Shown here: piece by piece, positions 8,170-19,984 of the stretch
How positions within the stretch are numbered: the first letter of the stretch is position 1
Layout of the letters: every line of letters starts with the position of its first letter
Source: Legionella sp.
GTDB lineage: Bacteria; Pseudomonadota; Gammaproteobacteria; Legionellales; Legionellaceae
DNA: 35,788 bases
NCBI GenBank assembly: GCA_051657005.1
Contig: JBOFJV010000208.1
Span: forward strand, 1 to 35,788
Reading direction: 5' to 3'
Notes under the pieces: generated by a model
Databases searched by the model: none
Told to the model about the DNA's origin: nothing
The model's input: only the letters and a program-made list of their open reading frames with translations
Position numbers and translations under genes: made by a program

Positions 8170-9060
8170 GTGAATCCAACGCAATTTCTAAGTTGGCTTG
8201 AAGGTCAACACCAACCATCTCGAGCTCATCCTAAAAAACCACTGATCATGGGGGTGTTGAATGTCACCTCCGATTCTTTTTCTGATGGTGGTCAATTTAT
8301 TTCTATGGATAGGGCATGTGAGCATGCGTTTCACTTAATCACTCAAGGTGCAGATCTCATTGACATTGGAGGGCAGTCAACCCGCCCCGGCGCTCAGTCT
8401 GTATCAGTTGAGGTTGAGTTAGAGCGGGTGATTCCAGTTATTGAGCAAATTCGCGTAAACACAGATATTTGTATCTCTATCGATACAAATAAACCCGAAG
8501 TAATGGAAGCAGCAGTATCCGCAGGTGCTAATGTCATTAATGATGTTTATGCATTGCGAACCGATGGTGCTTTGGCAACGGCAGTAAAACTGGCTGTGCC
8601 AATCTGTTTAATGCATATGCAAGGTGAACCACTTAATATGCAACATAATCCGCATTATCCACAAGGGGTAATTGCTGAAGTCATGGACTTTTTTACACAG
8701 CGCATCGCGGCATGTGAGCAAGCAGGGATCACGAGAAAAAGTATTATTTTAGATCCTGGATTTGGTTTTGGAAAGAAAGTGCAAGACAATTTGCTCCTGG
8801 TTAAAAAGCTTGATAGTTTTTCACCATTTGGAATGCCATTACTCTTAGGAGTTTCACGTAAAAGTACTATTGGTGCCTTGCTTGCAAAAGAAGTTAGTGA
8901 ACGTTTAATAGGAAGCATTGCGGTAGCAGCTTATGCTGCATTGCAAGGCGTGGGTATTATTAGGACGCATGATGTAGATGAAACGAATCAAGCGTTACAC
9001 ATAATCGATATGATTTGTCAGGCGGACGTGTCAACACGTCTTCAGACTGAATCGTTCTAA
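8170..9060 (+). CDS. folP: Dihydropteroate synthase
   Basis: MGVLNVTSDSFSDGG, DIGGQSTRPG, ISIDT, LDPGFGFGK, GVSRKS and RTHDV motifs. Canonical ftsH-folP-glmM order. Confidence 0.97.
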   Translation: MNPTQFLSWLEGQHQPSRAHPKKPLIMGVLNVTSDSFSDGGQFISMDRACEHAFHLITQGADLIDIGGQSTRPGAQSVSVEVELERVIPVIEQIRVNTDICISIDTNKPEVMEAAVSAGANVINDVYALRTDGALATAVKLAVPICLMHMQGEPLNMQHNPHYPQGVIAEVMDFFTQRIAACEQAGITRKSIILDPGFGFGKKVQDNLLLVKKLDSFSPFGMPLLLGVSRKSTIGALLAKEVSERLIGSIAVAAYAALQGVGIIRTHDVDETNQALHIIDMICQADVSTRLQTESF

Positions 9061-9078
9061 TGTAAGAGGTGGTAAAGG

Positions 9079-10431
9079 ATGAGTCAACGTAAATATTTTG
9101 GTACTGACGGTATACGGGGACATGTGGGTTTATCAAATATTAATCCCGAATTTGTATTGAAATTAGGTTGGGCAGTGGGGCGTGTACTTGCTAATGGCCA
9201 TCGTAAGAAAGTGGTTATTGGTAAAGATACTCGAGTATCAGGATATATGTTGGAGTCTGCGTTGGAATCCGGGTTATCTGCTGCCGGAGTCGACGTCGCT
9301 TTATTAGGACCCATGCCAACACCTGCTATTGCCTATTTGACGCAAACGCTTCGAGCGAATGCAGGTATTGTAATCAGCGCATCACATAATTTATTTGAAG
9401 ATAATGGAATTAAATTTTTCTCCGCTGAAGGAGGCAAGCTGCCGGACAGCGTTGAGTTAGCAATTGAAGCTGAATTAGAAAAAAAGATGGAAACGGTACC
9501 TTCGCACAACCTAGGTAAAGCAACGCGTATTAATGATGCCAGTGGACGATACATCGAATTTTGTAAATCGACTATACCCTCGTTAACGCGGTTATCAGGT
9601 TTAAAAATTGTGGTCGATTGTGCTAATGGAGCAACATATCATATTGCTCCTAACGTGTTTGCTGAACTGGGCGCCCAGGTTATTTCAATTGGAAACCGTC
9701 CAGATGGTTTTAACATCAACGAAGAGTGTGGCTCAACATCACCAGAATTACTCAGACAAAAAGTGTTGAGTACTGGAGCTGATATTGGTATTGGTCTAGA
9801 CGGTGATGGCGATCGGGTTGTCTTAGTCGATTCGGAAGGCCATTTAATCGATGGTGATCAAATACTTTATATTATCGCCAAAGACCGACATCAACGAGGA
9901 GTACTGCATGGAGGTGTTGTTGGGACTCAAATGAGCAATTATGGGTTGGAAATGGCAATCACAAATTTGGGTATTCCCTTTATGCGCTCCCGAGTCGGTG
10001 ACCGCTATGTCTTAGAGGTGTTACGTGAAAGAGATTGGAAAATTGGAGGAGAGACTTCAGGACATATCGTATGCCTTGATAAAACAACTACTGGTGATGG
10101 AATAGTTGCTGCACTCCAAGTATTGTCCATCATGATAAAACAAGGTAAAAGCCTGCAACAGCTTACTCAAGGAATCACCTTATTACCACACAGCCTAGTC
10201 AATTTGAAAACAAACTACGCGAATCTCTTAGCAGTACATACTCAAGTAATCGAAGTTGTGAGGGCACTAGAGACAAGCTTGAATGGTGAGGGAAGAGTAT
10301 TCCTCAGACCTTCAGGGACTGAACCACTATTACGGGTTATGGTGGAAGGTATAGACGAGTCTATAGTACGTAAGCATGCGCAAAAACTTTGTGATGATAT
10401 TAGTTTGATTGAGAGAAATTTGAATGTTTAG
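9079..10431 (+). CDS. glmM: Phosphoglucosamine mutase
   Basis: [18 protein letters not shown] phosphoserine loop, DGDGDR metal loop and RPSGTEP. Confidence 0.97.
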   Translation: MSQRKYFGTDGIRGHVGLSNINPEFVLKLGWAVGRVLANGHRKKVVIGKDTRVSGYMLESALESGLSAAGVDVALLGPMPTPAIAYLTQTLRANAGIVISASHNLFEDNGIKFFSAEGGKLPDSVELAIEAELEKKMETVPSHNLGKATRINDASGRYIEFCKSTIPSLTRLSGLKIVVDCANGATYHIAPNVFAELGAQVISIGNRPDGFNINEECGSTSPELLRQKVLSTGADIGIGLDGDGDRVVLVDSEGHLIDGDQILYIIAKDRHQRGVLHGGVVGTQMSNYGLEMAITNLGIPFMRSRVGDRYVLEVLRERDWKIGGETSGHIVCLDKTTTGDGIVAALQVLSIMIKQGKSLQQLTQGITLLPHSLVNLKTNYANLLAVHTQVIEVVRALETSLNGEGRVFLRPSGTEPLLRVMVEGIDESIVRKHAQKLCDDISLIERNLNV

Positions 10432-10552
10432 TGATAAATATGAGCAGTTATTTCATATTATTATGAGCTATTAATAAAAAAAACACGATAGGACTACACA
10501 TCTGGATTTAGTTTGGGTATAGTCCGCAGTTGGAAGCGAGAGGACTTACCCC

Positions 10553-11302
10553 ATGAGGCAAAAAATAGTTGCTGGCAATTGGAAGATGAACGGTCAAATG
10601 CAGCAGGTGACTCAAGTAACTGAAGCACTTAAGTCGCTGTTAGACTATCCAAGTAAAGCCACAGTTGTAGTGATGCCACCAGCTATTTTTATTCCTAAAG
10701 TTAAAGAGTTACTTTCTGGATCTATTATTGATATAGGTGCTCAGAATGTTTATCCAAAAGACTTTGGTGCCTATACGGGTGAGATATCTGCACCGATGCT
10801 CAAAGATTTTAATTGCAGTTACGTTTTGGTGGGTCATTCAGAACGAAGACATAGCTTCCATGAAGATGAAAATTTTGTGGCGCAAAAATTCCACCATGTC
10901 AAAGATCATGGTATGATACCTGTTCTTTGTGTCGGTGAAACGCTAAATGAGCGTGAAAAAGGACAGACAGAGGAAGTAATTGCGAAGCAATTACTCGCAG
11001 TAAGTGAGCATGATAAAAATTGTTTTCGTGATTGTGTCGTCGCTTATGAACCTGTTTGGGCAATAGGCACGGGGAAAACTGCATCACCAGAACAAGCACA
11101 GGACGTACATCAGTTTATTAGAAAACTGGTTGCAGAAATAAATAATAATGATGCTGAGCATCTAACGCTTCTCTACGGAGGCAGTGTCAATGAAAGTAAT
11201 GCCAAGACATTATTTGACATGCCTGATGTTGATGGTGGCTTAGTAGGCGGAGCATCGTTGAACGCGAAACAGTTTGTGGAAATTGTGAAATGTATCAATT
11301 GA
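10553..11302 (+). CDS. tpiA: Triosephosphate isomerase
   Basis: [29 protein letters not shown] and LVGGASL motifs. Confidence 0.98.
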   Translation: MRQKIVAGNWKMNGQMQQVTQVTEALKSLLDYPSKATVVVMPPAIFIPKVKELLSGSIIDIGAQNVYPKDFGAYTGEISAPMLKDFNCSYVLVGHSERRHSFHEDENFVAQKFHHVKDHGMIPVLCVGETLNEREKGQTEEVIAKQLLAVSEHDKNCFRDCVVAYEPVWAIGTGKTASPEQAQDVHQFIRKLVAEINNNDAEHLTLLYGGSVNESNAKTLFDMPDVDGGLVGGASLNAKQFVEIVKCIN

Positions 11303-11616
11303 TATTAATGCTTCATGTGGTAGTTGCTATAGTCTTAATTGGCTTGGTACTTATCCAGCATGGTAAAGGGGCCGATATAGGCGCAGCTTTTGGATCTGGG
11401 GCATCAAATACATTATTTGGTAGCCAAGGAACCGGAGGCTTTTTATTTAAATTAACTGGTGGTCTGGCGTTGACCTTTTTTGTCACCAGTTTATTGTTAT
11501 CTTATCTAGTGTCTGTTCAGTATCAAAAAGCAGAACAGCCGATGGTTCCTCAGCAAACACATGTTCCTGTGAATACAATTCCAGTACCCGCTGATAACAA
11601 TGAAAAAAATAAATAA
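11290..11616 (+). CDS. secG: Preprotein translocase subunit SecG
   Basis: [25 protein letters not shown], two TMs, located before tRNA-Leu. Overlaps tpiA by 13 nt. Confidence 0.96.
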   Translation: MYQLILMLHVVVAIVLIGLVLIQHGKGADIGAAFGSGASNTLFGSQGTGGFLFKLTGGLALTFFVTSLLLSYLVSVQYQKAEQPMVPQQTHVPVNTIPVPADNNEKNK

Positions 11617-11680
11617 GAATGGTACTTCTTTCGTAAACAAAGAAAAAAGATAGGAAGTGAATAGATAATAAAAAGAATAT

Positions 11681-11765
11681 GCCGAAGTGGTGGAATTGGT
11701 AGACACGCCGTCTTGAGGGGGCGGTGGCGTAAGCCGTGCCGGTTCGAGTCCGGCCTTCGGCACCA
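11681..11765 (+). tRNA. tRNA-Leu (anticodon GAG)
   Basis: GCCGAAG.../...CTTCGGC-A-CCA acceptor stem, anticodon GAG at 11715-11717, long variable arm, GGTTCGAGTCC T-arm. 85 nt. Confidence 0.97.
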
Positions 11766-11789
11766 TTTTAATCCGTGCAAGGTGAAGAA

Positions 11790-12146
11790 ATGCTATCACA
11801 ATATTTACCTGTTCTCGTTTTCATAATTGTCGGATTGGCGTTAGGTTTGGCAATGATCGGAGCGGGTTCTCTATTTTCAAAGCACCAACCTGATGAAGCT
11901 AAAAACTCTCCATATGAATGCGGATTTGGAGCTTTTGAAAGCTCTCACATTCCTTTTGATGTACGATTTTATCTTGTTGCTATATTGTTCATTATTTTCG
12001 ATTTAGAAACCGCGTTCTTTTTTCCGTGGGCTCTAGTATTACGCAAAATTGGTTGGTTTGGTTTTGCCGGAATGATGTTGTTTTTAGGATTATTAGTTAT
12101 TGGTTTAATTTATGAATGGAAACGCGGCGCATTAGAGTGGGAGTAG
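11790..12146 (+). CDS. nuoA: NADH-quinone oxidoreductase subunit A
   Basis: [24 protein letters not shown] and [14 protein letters not shown] 11790 after AAGGTG. Confidence 0.97.
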   Translation: MLSQYLPVLVFIIVGLALGLAMIGAGSLFSKHQPDEAKNSPYECGFGAFESSHIPFDVRFYLVAILFIIFDLETAFFFPWALVLRKIGWFGFAGMMLFLGLLVIGLIYEWKRGALEWE

Positions 12147-12253
12147 TTTTAAGAGTGCTGACCTATTCACTTCTGACCGATTGAGCAAAATAGCGCAAAG
12201 AGATCAGAGGTGGAGTTTTGTTTATTAATTATTTAACTGCTTAGAGGCTAACT

Positions 12254-12730
12254 ATGGCGGTTGCAGAATTGCAAAAGAGTGGCTTTGTAACGACTTCAGT
12301 CGAGAAACTTGTCGGATGGGCACGTAGTGGTTCTATGTGGCCTATGACTTTTGGTTTGGCATGTTGTGCTGTGGAAATGATGCACTGCGGTGCCGCACGT
12401 TACGATTTAGATCGTTTTGGGATTATTTTCCGCCCCAGTCCACGTCAATCAGACGTAATGATTGTTGCCGGAACCTTATGCAATAAAATGGCTCCAGCCT
12501 TACGCAAAGTTTATGATCAAATGCCTGACCCGCGATGGGTTATTTCTATGGGTTCATGCGCAAATGGTGGTGGATATTACCATTACTCTTATTCAGTAGT
12601 TCGCGGATGCGATCGTATTGTTCCTGTAGATGTTTATGTGCCAGGTTGTCCTCCAACTGCAGAAGCGCTACTTTATGGCATTATTCAATTGCAGAACAAA
12701 ATCAGGCATAAAAAAATCTTAGAAGCTTAA
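12254..12730 (+). CDS. nuoB: NADH-quinone oxidoreductase subunit B
   Basis: [20 protein letters not shown] and YVPGCPP (N2 ligands). Confidence 0.98.
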   Translation: MAVAELQKSGFVTTSVEKLVGWARSGSMWPMTFGLACCAVEMMHCGAARYDLDRFGIIFRPSPRQSDVMIVAGTLCNKMAPALRKVYDQMPDPRWVISMGSCANGGGYYHYSYSVVRGCDRIVPVDVYVPGCPPTAEALLYGIIQLQNKIRHKKILEA

Positions 12731-12752
12731 GAACATCAAAGGTGCATATGAG

Positions 12753-13430
12753 ATGACAAAAAATGATTATTTGGTTGAACAGCTGAAGACTGAATTAGCA
12801 AGTCATATAAGTAACATAATCGTTGCTCATGATGAAGTAACAATTGAATGTGACGCAGCGAATTTAAAAGGTATGATGCTTGAGTTGCGTGATTTGGAAG
12901 CATTTCATTTTGATCAGCTTATCGATCTGTGTGCCGTCGATTATTTGCTGTATGGTGAATACGATTGGGAAACAGATTCAGCAACTGAAAGTGGTTTTTC
13001 TCGTGGAGTGGAGCGCCAAGAAGCTAAAGCGTACGCATTAAATAAACCTCGTTTTGCAGTAGTCTATCACTTGCTTTCAACTAAAAAGAATCAACGTTTG
13101 CGCGTTAAAGTATTTCTTGATGAATCACATTTAATTGTTCCTTCAGTACATCAGCTGTGGAAAGGTGCAGATTGGTTTGAACGAGAAGCATATGATTTAT
13201 ACGGTGTTTTATTCGATGGCCATCCAGATTTAAGACGTATTTTGACTGATTATGGTTTTATAGGACATCCGTTCCGTAAAGATTTTCCTGTCAGTGGTCA
13301 TGTTGAAATGCGTTATGATGCAAAACTTGAAAAGGTTATTTATGCTCCTGTAGATATTGAGCCAAGAGTTTTGGTGCCCAATGTTATTCGTAATGATAAC
13401 CGTTACATTGGCAATAAAGAGGGCGAATGA
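12753..13430 (+). CDS. nuoC: NADH-quinone oxidoreductase subunit C (unfused)
   Basis: [11 protein letters not shown] and [23 protein letters not shown]. Confidence 0.97.
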   Translation: MTKNDYLVEQLKTELASHISNIIVAHDEVTIECDAANLKGMMLELRDLEAFHFDQLIDLCAVDYLLYGEYDWETDSATESGFSRGVERQEAKAYALNKPRFAVVYHLLSTKKNQRLRVKVFLDESHLIVPSVHQLWKGADWFEREAYDLYGVLFDGHPDLRRILTDYGFIGHPFRKDFPVSGHVEMRYDAKLEKVIYAPVDIEPRVLVPNVIRNDNRYIGNKEGE

Positions 13431-14683
13431 TGATTGAGTTAAAGAATTATACTTTAAATTTTGGTCCACAACACCCAGCAGCACACGGAGTTTTACGCTT
13501 GGTTCTTGAACTTGAGGGTGAGACGATAATTCGTGCGGATCCGCATATAGGTCTGCTGCATCGAGCTACAGAAAAATTAGTTGAAACAAAACCTTACCTA
13601 CAAAGTATTGGCTACATGGATAGACTGGATTATGTGTCCATGATGTGTAATGAGCATGCTTATGTTCGCTCAATAGAAAAATTACTTGGTGTTGAGGTGC
13701 CATTACGCGCTCAATACATTCGTACCCTGTTTGATGAAGTGACTCGTGTTTTGAATCATCTCCTCTGGTTAGGTGCTATAGCATTGGACATAGGGGCGAT
13801 GACCGTATTTTTATATTGCTTCAGAGAGCGAGAAGACCTCTTTGACTGTTACGAAGCAGTATCTGGGGCACGCATGCATGCCACATATTATAGACCTGGC
13901 GGTGTTGCTCGTGATCTGCCTGATACTATGCCCAAGTATAAAGCATCAAGATGGCATAGTGACCGTGAAGTTGAAAAGCTCAATGAGCATCGAGAAGGCA
14001 GTTTACTCGATTTTCTGTGGGCATTTACTGAACGATTTCCTCGTTGTGTTGATGAATATGAAACCTTATTAACCGACAATAGAATCTGGAAACAGCGTAC
14101 CGTTGAGATTGGTATTGTTTCTCCAGAAAATGCTTTGCAATGGGGATTCACAGGTCCCATGTTGCGAGGTTCAGGAATTGCTTGGGATTTACGTAAAAAG
14201 CAAAGCTACGCCGTATATGATCGCGTGGACTTTGATATTCCTGTAGGAAAAACAGGAGATTGTTACGATCGCTATTTAGTGCGAGTAGAAGAGCTAAGAC
14301 AGTCAAATCGTATCATGCGACAATGTATTGAATGGCTTAGAACAAACCCTGGTCCAGTTCGAGTCGATGATCACAAAATTACACCGCCGCGTCGTGTCGA
14401 AATGAAAGAAGATATGGAATCATTAATCCATCACTTTAAATTATTTACTGAAGGTTTTTGCTTGCCGCGCGGTGAGGTTTATAGTGCTGTAGAAGCACCT
14501 AAAGGTGAGTTCGGTATTTATATGGTGTCTGATGGTGCGAATAAACCTTATAGAATGAAAATTCGTGCGCCTGGATTTGCCCATTTGTCCAGTTATGATG
14601 AAATGACAAGAGGACATATGCTTGCTGATGGTGTGGCTATTTTAGCGAGCCAGGATATTGTGTTTGGTGAAATTGATCGTTAA
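13427..14683 (+). CDS. nuoD: NADH-quinone oxidoreductase subunit D
   Basis: [29 protein letters not shown] and [13 protein letters not shown] overlap with nuoC. Confidence 0.98.
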   Translation: MMIELKNYTLNFGPQHPAAHGVLRLVLELEGETIIRADPHIGLLHRATEKLVETKPYLQSIGYMDRLDYVSMMCNEHAYVRSIEKLLGVEVPLRAQYIRTLFDEVTRVLNHLLWLGAIALDIGAMTVFLYCFREREDLFDCYEAVSGARMHATYYRPGGVARDLPDTMPKYKASRWHSDREVEKLNEHREGSLLDFLWAFTERFPRCVDEYETLLTDNRIWKQRTVEIGIVSPENALQWGFTGPMLRGSGIAWDLRKKQSYAVYDRVDFDIPVGKTGDCYDRYLVRVEELRQSNRIMRQCIEWLRTNPGPVRVDDHKITPPRRVEMKEDMESLIHHFKLFTEGFCLPRGEVYSAVEAPKGEFGIYMVSDGANKPYRMKIRAPGFAHLSSYDEMTRGHMLADGVAILASQDIVFGEIDR

Positions 14684-14760
14684 TTTTGTGGTATGTCGTC
14701 TTATATTATTGTTGCCATGACATGCCAGGCAATTCCAAATTAAATTAGAAAGGTTTAGAA

Positions 14761-15264
14761 ATGTCTGATAATTCAGCAAAAATATTACATCAGTTGGTGT
14801 CGGCAGAGAGAATAAAAGACATTGATCATTGGATAGCCAAATATCCAAAAGATCAAAAACAATCTGCAGTCATGAGTACCTTAAGAATTGTCCAGGAAGA
14901 ACATGGCCACTTAAATACAGAGTTAATGGATGCAGTAGCTGACTATCTTGATATGCCTAATATTGCCGTATACGAAGTGTCAAGTTTCTATACTATGTAT
15001 GAGCACAAACAGATCGGTCGGCATGCAATAAACGTATGCACCAACATTTCGTGCATGCTACGGAACTCAGCGGCAATCGTTGACTATTTGGAAAAGAAAT
15101 TAGACGTTAAATTAGGCGGAACCACCGATGACGGGCGTTTTACTTTAAGACCTGTTGAGTGTCTAGGTGCGTGTGTTAATGCCCCGATGATGCAGGTGGA
15201 CAAGGATTATCATGAGAATCTGACTCCTGAATCCATAGACAAAGTGTTGGAACAATACCAGTAA
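14761..15264 (+). CDS. nuoE: NADH-quinone oxidoreductase subunit E
   Basis: N1a ligands CTNISC...ECLGACVNAP. Confidence 0.97.
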   Translation: MSDNSAKILHQLVSAERIKDIDHWIAKYPKDQKQSAVMSTLRIVQEEHGHLNTELMDAVADYLDMPNIAVYEVSSFYTMYEHKQIGRHAINVCTNISCMLRNSAAIVDYLEKKLDVKLGGTTDDGRFTLRPVECLGACVNAPMMQVDKDYHENLTPESIDKVLEQYQ

Positions 15265-15273
15265 AAGATAGAG

Positions 15274-16560
15274 GTGGTTGCCGTGGTTGAATTAAATCAA
15301 GTGTGTTATAGAACATTTCACCTGCCAGAACCTTGGACACTATCTACTTATGAAAGTGTTGGTGGGTACAGTTCATGGAGAAAAATATTAAAAGAACAAA
15401 CTTCTCCACAATCGATTATTGATGAACTCAAAACTTCTGCTTTACGTGGGCGTGGTGGTGCTGGATTTCCCACGGGCTTAAAGTGGAGTTTTATGAATCG
15501 CAATACGTCAATACAAAAATACGTAGTGTGTAATTCTGATGAAGGTGAACCAGGTACATGCAAGGATCGAGAGATACTTACTCTAAATCCACACCAACTG
15601 ATAGAAGGAATGGCGATTGCTGGCTACACAATGGGGGCAACTGTAGGATACAACTACATTCGAGGCGAATTTTGGTTGCCTTACGAACGCATAGAAGCGG
15701 CATTAAAAGAAGCGTATGCCGCAGGGTTACTGGGCAAAAATATTTTGGGCTCAGGCTTCGATTTTGATTTATACAACCATTTAGGTGCTGGAGCATACAT
15801 TTGTGGTGAAGAAACCGCATTGTTGAATTCAATAGAAGGCAAAAAAGGTCAGCCGCGATTTAAACCGCCTTTTCCAGCTAATTATGGATTATATGGCAGA
15901 CCTACGACCATCAATAATACAGAAACGTTTGCTTCTGTACCGGCCATTATGGAAAAAGGTGGTGAGTGGTTTTTAAAATTGGGACGACCTAATAATGGTG
16001 GTGCCAAGTGCTTTAGCGTGAGCGGCCACGTCAATAAACCAGGAAATTTTGAGATTCCTCTTGGAACTCCGTTTAAGACATTGCTTGATTTAGCCGGTGG
16101 TGTTCTGGAAGGTAGAAAAATTAAAGCTGTGATCCCTGGAGGAACTTCTATGCCTGTCTTGCCTGGTGAGGTAATGATGGGGCTGGATATGGATTATGAC
16201 AGTATACAAAAAGCCGGCTCAGGATTGGGATCGGGTGCTGTAATTATAATGGATGAAACAACCTGTATGGTTGATGCTTTGTATCGTATTGCCGAGTTTT
16301 ATATGGATGAGTCATGCGGTCAATGTACCCCATGTCGTGAAGGCACGGGTTGGTTAGTTCGTTTACTGCACCGAATCAAAGACGGCCATGGGGAGCACGG
16401 TGACGTAGAAAAATTAGTTAATGTTGCGAATAATATCGAAGGGCGCACAATTTGTGCATTAGGTGAGGCAGCAGCTTGGCCGGTGCAAAGTTTTGTTAAG
16501 CATTTCCGCGATGAGTTTGAAGATTTCGTGAAGCATAAACGCTCGATTGTCGCAGCATAA
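15274..16560 (+). CDS. nuoF: NADH-quinone oxidoreductase subunit F
   Basis: [37 protein letters not shown] and [12 protein letters not shown]...TICA. True start may be GTG 15283, which has better RBS spacing. Confidence 0.98.
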   Translation: MVAVVELNQVCYRTFHLPEPWTLSTYESVGGYSSWRKILKEQTSPQSIIDELKTSALRGRGGAGFPTGLKWSFMNRNTSIQKYVVCNSDEGEPGTCKDREILTLNPHQLIEGMAIAGYTMGATVGYNYIRGEFWLPYERIEAALKEAYAAGLLGKNILGSGFDFDLYNHLGAGAYICGEETALLNSIEGKKGQPRFKPPFPANYGLYGRPTTINNTETFASVPAIMEKGGEWFLKLGRPNNGGAKCFSVSGHVNKPGNFEIPLGTPFKTLLDLAGGVLEGRKIKAVIPGGTSMPVLPGEVMMGLDMDYDSIQKAGSGLGSGAVIIMDETTCMVDALYRIAEFYMDESCGQCTPCREGTGWLVRLLHRIKDGHGEHGDVEKLVNVANNIEGRTICALGEAAAWPVQSFVKHFRDEFEDFVKHKRSIVAA

Positions 16561-16576
16561 TTGAAAAGGTTTGACC

Positions 16577-18931
16577 ATGACTACTACTATTGAAATCGAC
16601 GGAAAAACATTTGAAGCAGAAAATGGCAAAATGATCATCGAAGTTGCTGATGAAGCAGGTATCCATATACCACGTTTTTGCTATCATAAAAAATTATCTG
16701 TGTCTGCAAATTGCCGCATGTGTTTGGTGGAAGTAGAAAATGGCAGAAAACCTGTTCCTGCCTGCGCAACACCAATTACCAATGGGATGAAGGTTTTTAC
16801 CAAATCGAAAGAAGCATTGCATTCACAAAAAGTAGTGATGGAATTTCTACTTATTAATCATCCACTTGATTGCCCTATTTGTGATCAAGGTGGAGAGTGC
16901 GAATTACAAGATGTTTCCATGGGGTTTGGCGCTGATGAATCGGAGTATACAGAAACAAAACGCTCTGTAAACGACGACGATTTAGGTGTACTTATATCTA
17001 CTGAAATGACTCGCTGCATTCATTGTACTCGCTGCGTTCGCTTTGGTGAGGAAATTGCTGGTTTAAGAGAACTGGGCGCGACTGGACGTGGCGAACACAT
17101 GCAAATTGGTACGTACGTACAACACAGCATGAAATCCGAAGTTTCAGGAAATATTATTGATTTATGCCCAGTTGGTGCCTTAACGTCTAAACCTTTTCGT
17201 TTTACAGCAAGAGCGTGGGAAATTACACAACATGACAGCGTAGCACCTCATGATTGCCTGGGATCGAATGTTTACCTGCACACGCGCCGAAATGAATTAA
17301 TGCGCGCTGTTCCTAAAGAAAGTGAAACGATTAATGAAACATGGCTTTCTGATAGAGACCGATTTAGCTACTTGGGCTTAAAAAGCTCAGCAAGAGCAAG
17401 CCAACCGCAAATAAAGCGTAATGGCCAATGGGAAGCTGTAGATTGGGAAACTGCTTTAAAGTTTGCTGCAGATGGTTTAGCGCGAGTCATAAAACAAAAC
17501 GGTCCAGAACAAGTGGCCGCTTTTGCCTCCAGCTCATCTACTTTGGAAGAAATGTACCTATTACAAAAGTTAATGCGTGAAATCGGGGTTCATAATCTTG
17601 ACCATCGATTACAACAGGTAGATTTTAAAGATCAGGACAATCAAGCATCAACTCCGAAAAGCGCTTTGCCGTATGCAGAGGTCGAATTGCAAAATTCAAT
17701 TGTGTTGATTGGATGCAATATCGATAGAGAAGTTCCTCTAGCTGGTGTTCGTGTGCGTAAAGCGTTCCGTAATGGAGCCAAAATTTATGCGATCAATCCT
17801 GTCGATTTTGAATATCGCTTCGATCTAAACGAGCGGATTGTCATTTCCCCATTAGAAATGCCAATGCAATTGGCAAAACTTGCATTAGCTCTTTGTGATG
17901 ATATAAAAGTTTTACCTGAAGAAGTACAAAAATTAGTAATAGGCCTGGAGCTGAATGATGCCGTAAAACATATGGCTAAATCACTGAAAGAAGAAAAAGC
18001 GTGTTTAATTACTGGTGCCCTATGCGAAAATCATCCTGAAGCTTCTTTATTGCGTACTTTAATTTTCCAAATTGAAAAATTAAGCAGTGCGAAAGCATTA
18101 AGGCTTACAACAGGTGCAAATGCTGCAGGAGCTTGGATGGCGGGTATGTTACCCCACCGAACTACAGCAGGAAAAGCGGATTCAACTCCTGGAATGGATG
18201 TACAAGCGGCTTTACATGCCAAGCTTAAAGGGTATTTTCTGATGGGAGTAGAACCAGGCTTTGATTTTGCCAACCCTGCGGGTGCGCGACAGTCCATGCT
18301 TGGTGCTGAGTTCGTCGTATTGATGTCTGCCTACAATCATGACTCAATGCGTGACTATGCTGATGTGATTTTACCAATGGCTCCTTATGCTGAAACATCA
18401 GGAACTTACATTAACGTAGATAATACTTGGCAAACAGTTAAAGGAGCTTTAAGTCCACATGGTGAAGCTCGACCTGGTTGGAAAATATTAAGAGTCTTAG
18501 GTAATTTGTTGCACTGTAATGGTTTTGAATATATGTCGACTGAAGAAATTTTGTCTGAAATAAAGCAGAGTGTTGCTATTACAATGGAGCAAGAATATAC
18601 ACCATATTATCCTGAGTGCTTGCCTGTACTGAACCAAACTTTAGTTCGAGTAGGTGAGTGGCCTCTCTATCGTAGCGATGCAATTGTGCGAAATGCCAAA
18701 GAGTTGCAGTTATGTGCTGCGGCTGAATCAGCATGCATACGTATTAGCCCCGCAACTGCAGACCGATTGAATTTAGACGATATTGCTACTGTATCTCAGG
18801 GAGATATTGAGATAACATTGCCGCTCATACGTGATGAGCGCATTGCGGCTGATGTTGTATGTGTAGCAAACGCGATGCCTGAGACTGTAGATTTAGGTCA
18901 TTCATTTGCTGCAATAACTATTAAGCGCTAG
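16577..18931 (+). CDS. nuoG: NADH-quinone oxidoreductase subunit G
   Basis: IPRFCYH...NCRMCLVE, HPLDCPICDQGGECELQ and RCIHCTRC...CPVGAL. The N7 motif is degenerate (SVAPHDCLGSN). ATG 16577. Confidence 0.97.
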   Translation: MTTTIEIDGKTFEAENGKMIIEVADEAGIHIPRFCYHKKLSVSANCRMCLVEVENGRKPVPACATPITNGMKVFTKSKEALHSQKVVMEFLLINHPLDCPICDQGGECELQDVSMGFGADESEYTETKRSVNDDDLGVLISTEMTRCIHCTRCVRFGEEIAGLRELGATGRGEHMQIGTYVQHSMKSEVSGNIIDLCPVGALTSKPFRFTARAWEITQHDSVAPHDCLGSNVYLHTRRNELMRAVPKESETINETWLSDRDRFSYLGLKSSARASQPQIKRNGQWEAVDWETALKFAADGLARVIKQNGPEQVAAFASSSSTLEEMYLLQKLMREIGVHNLDHRLQQVDFKDQDNQASTPKSALPYAEVELQNSIVLIGCNIDREVPLAGVRVRKAFRNGAKIYAINPVDFEYRFDLNERIVISPLEMPMQLAKLALALCDDIKVLPEEVQKLVIGLELNDAVKHMAKSLKEEKACLITGALCENHPEASLLRTLIFQIEKLSSAKALRLTTGANAAGAWMAGMLPHRTTAGKADSTPGMDVQAALHAKLKGYFLMGVEPGFDFANPAGARQSMLGAEFVVLMSAYNHDSMRDYADVILPMAPYAETSGTYINVDNTWQTVKGALSPHGEARPGWKILRVLGNLLHCNGFEYMSTEEILSEIKQSVAITMEQEYTPYYPECLPVLNQTLVRVGEWPLYRSDAIVRNAKELQLCAAAESACIRISPATADRLNLDDIATVSQGDIEITLPLIRDERIAADVVCVANAMPETVDLGHSFAAITIKR

Positions 18932-18943
18932 GAAGGTACGAAA

Positions 18944-19966
18944 ATGCTGCAAGATATTAGCATATTAATTTGGGTCATCATTAAAATACTAGTAATCGTA
19001 ATTCCATTACTATTATGTGTTGCATATCTCATTTATGCAGAGCGTAAAGTCATCGGTTACATTCAGGCGCGTATTGGTCCCAATCGTGTTGGTGTAAAAG
19101 GCTTGTTACAGCCAATTGCCGATTTAGTGAAGTTAATTACTAAAGAAATTATTGTTCCCACGCGATCGAACAAATACCTTTTTGTCGCTGCGCCCTTATT
19201 TGCGTTAGTCCCTGCTTTAGCTGGATGGGCAGTAGTTCCCTTTCAAGAAGGCGTTGTTCTTGCAAACATTAATGCGGGTGTACTTTATATTTTTGCAATG
19301 AGTTCACTGGGTGTTTACGGCGTGTTGATTGCTGGCTGGGCATCGAACTCGAAATATGCGATGTTTGGTGCTTTGCGAAGTACCGCTCAAACCGTATCAT
19401 ACGAAATTGCCATGGGCTTTGCGTTAGTTGGTGTGTTGTTGGCTGCAGGAAGTATGAATCTTACTGACATTGTCAACTCTCAAAAGGGAGGCATTTTACA
19501 TTGGTGGTTCATCCCTTTGCTCCCACTCTTTTTAACCTTCTGGATTGCTGGTGTTGCAGAAACAAATAGAGCACCTTTTGATTTGGCTGAAGGGGAGTCT
19601 GAAATTGTTGCCGGATTTCACGTTGAATATTCAGGAATAGGGTTTGCGTTATTTTTCCTTTCAGAATACGCCAGTATGATTCTTATTTCTGTGTTACTCA
19701 GCATATTATTTCTTGGTGGTTGGATGTCACCTTTTGAAGGGATACCTGTTTTAGAAAATATCTTCTTTGTAGTACCTGGTTTTGTTTGGTTACTCGTAAA
19801 AATTAGCTTTTTCCTTTTTGTTTATTTATGGGTTCGGGCTACTTTTCCACGTTATCGTTATGACCAGCTTATGCGCTTAGGTTGGAAAGTACTCATTCCA
19901 GTAACCATTGTTTGGATTATTGTAACTGCTTTAATGGTTGTTACCCATCTTAAACCCTGGTTTTGA
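18944..19966 (+). CDS. nuoH: NADH-quinone oxidoreductase subunit H
   Basis: [36 protein letters not shown] and [13 protein letters not shown]. Confidence 0.98.
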   Translation: MLQDISILIWVIIKILVIVIPLLLCVAYLIYAERKVIGYIQARIGPNRVGVKGLLQPIADLVKLITKEIIVPTRSNKYLFVAAPLFALVPALAGWAVVPFQEGVVLANINAGVLYIFAMSSLGVYGVLIAGWASNSKYAMFGALRSTAQTVSYEIAMGFALVGVLLAAGSMNLTDIVNSQKGGILHWWFIPLLPLFLTFWIAGVAETNRAPFDLAEGESEIVAGFHVEYSGIGFALFFLSEYASMILISVLLSILFLGGWMSPFEGIPVLENIFFVVPGFVWLLVKISFFLFVYLWVRATFPRYRYDQLMRLGWKVLIPVTIVWIIVTALMVVTHLKPWF

Positions 19967-19984
19967 TGATTAATAGAGAAGTCG

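Noticed and set aside
8655-8663. Perfect DnaA box TTATCCACA
   Set aside because: Single copy inside folP coding sequence with no cluster or AT-rich unwinding element noticed. Compatible with chance.
11506-11799. Minus-strand ORFs across tRNA-Leu
   Set aside because: Translations such as MVPKAGLEPAR are the usual artefact of reverse-complement tRNA sequence.
12753-18931. Unfused nuoC/nuoD, NuoC acidic insertion and missing N7 cluster in NuoG as novelty
   Set aside because: These are typical of the non-enterobacterial complex I type found in Legionellales and Xanthomonadales.
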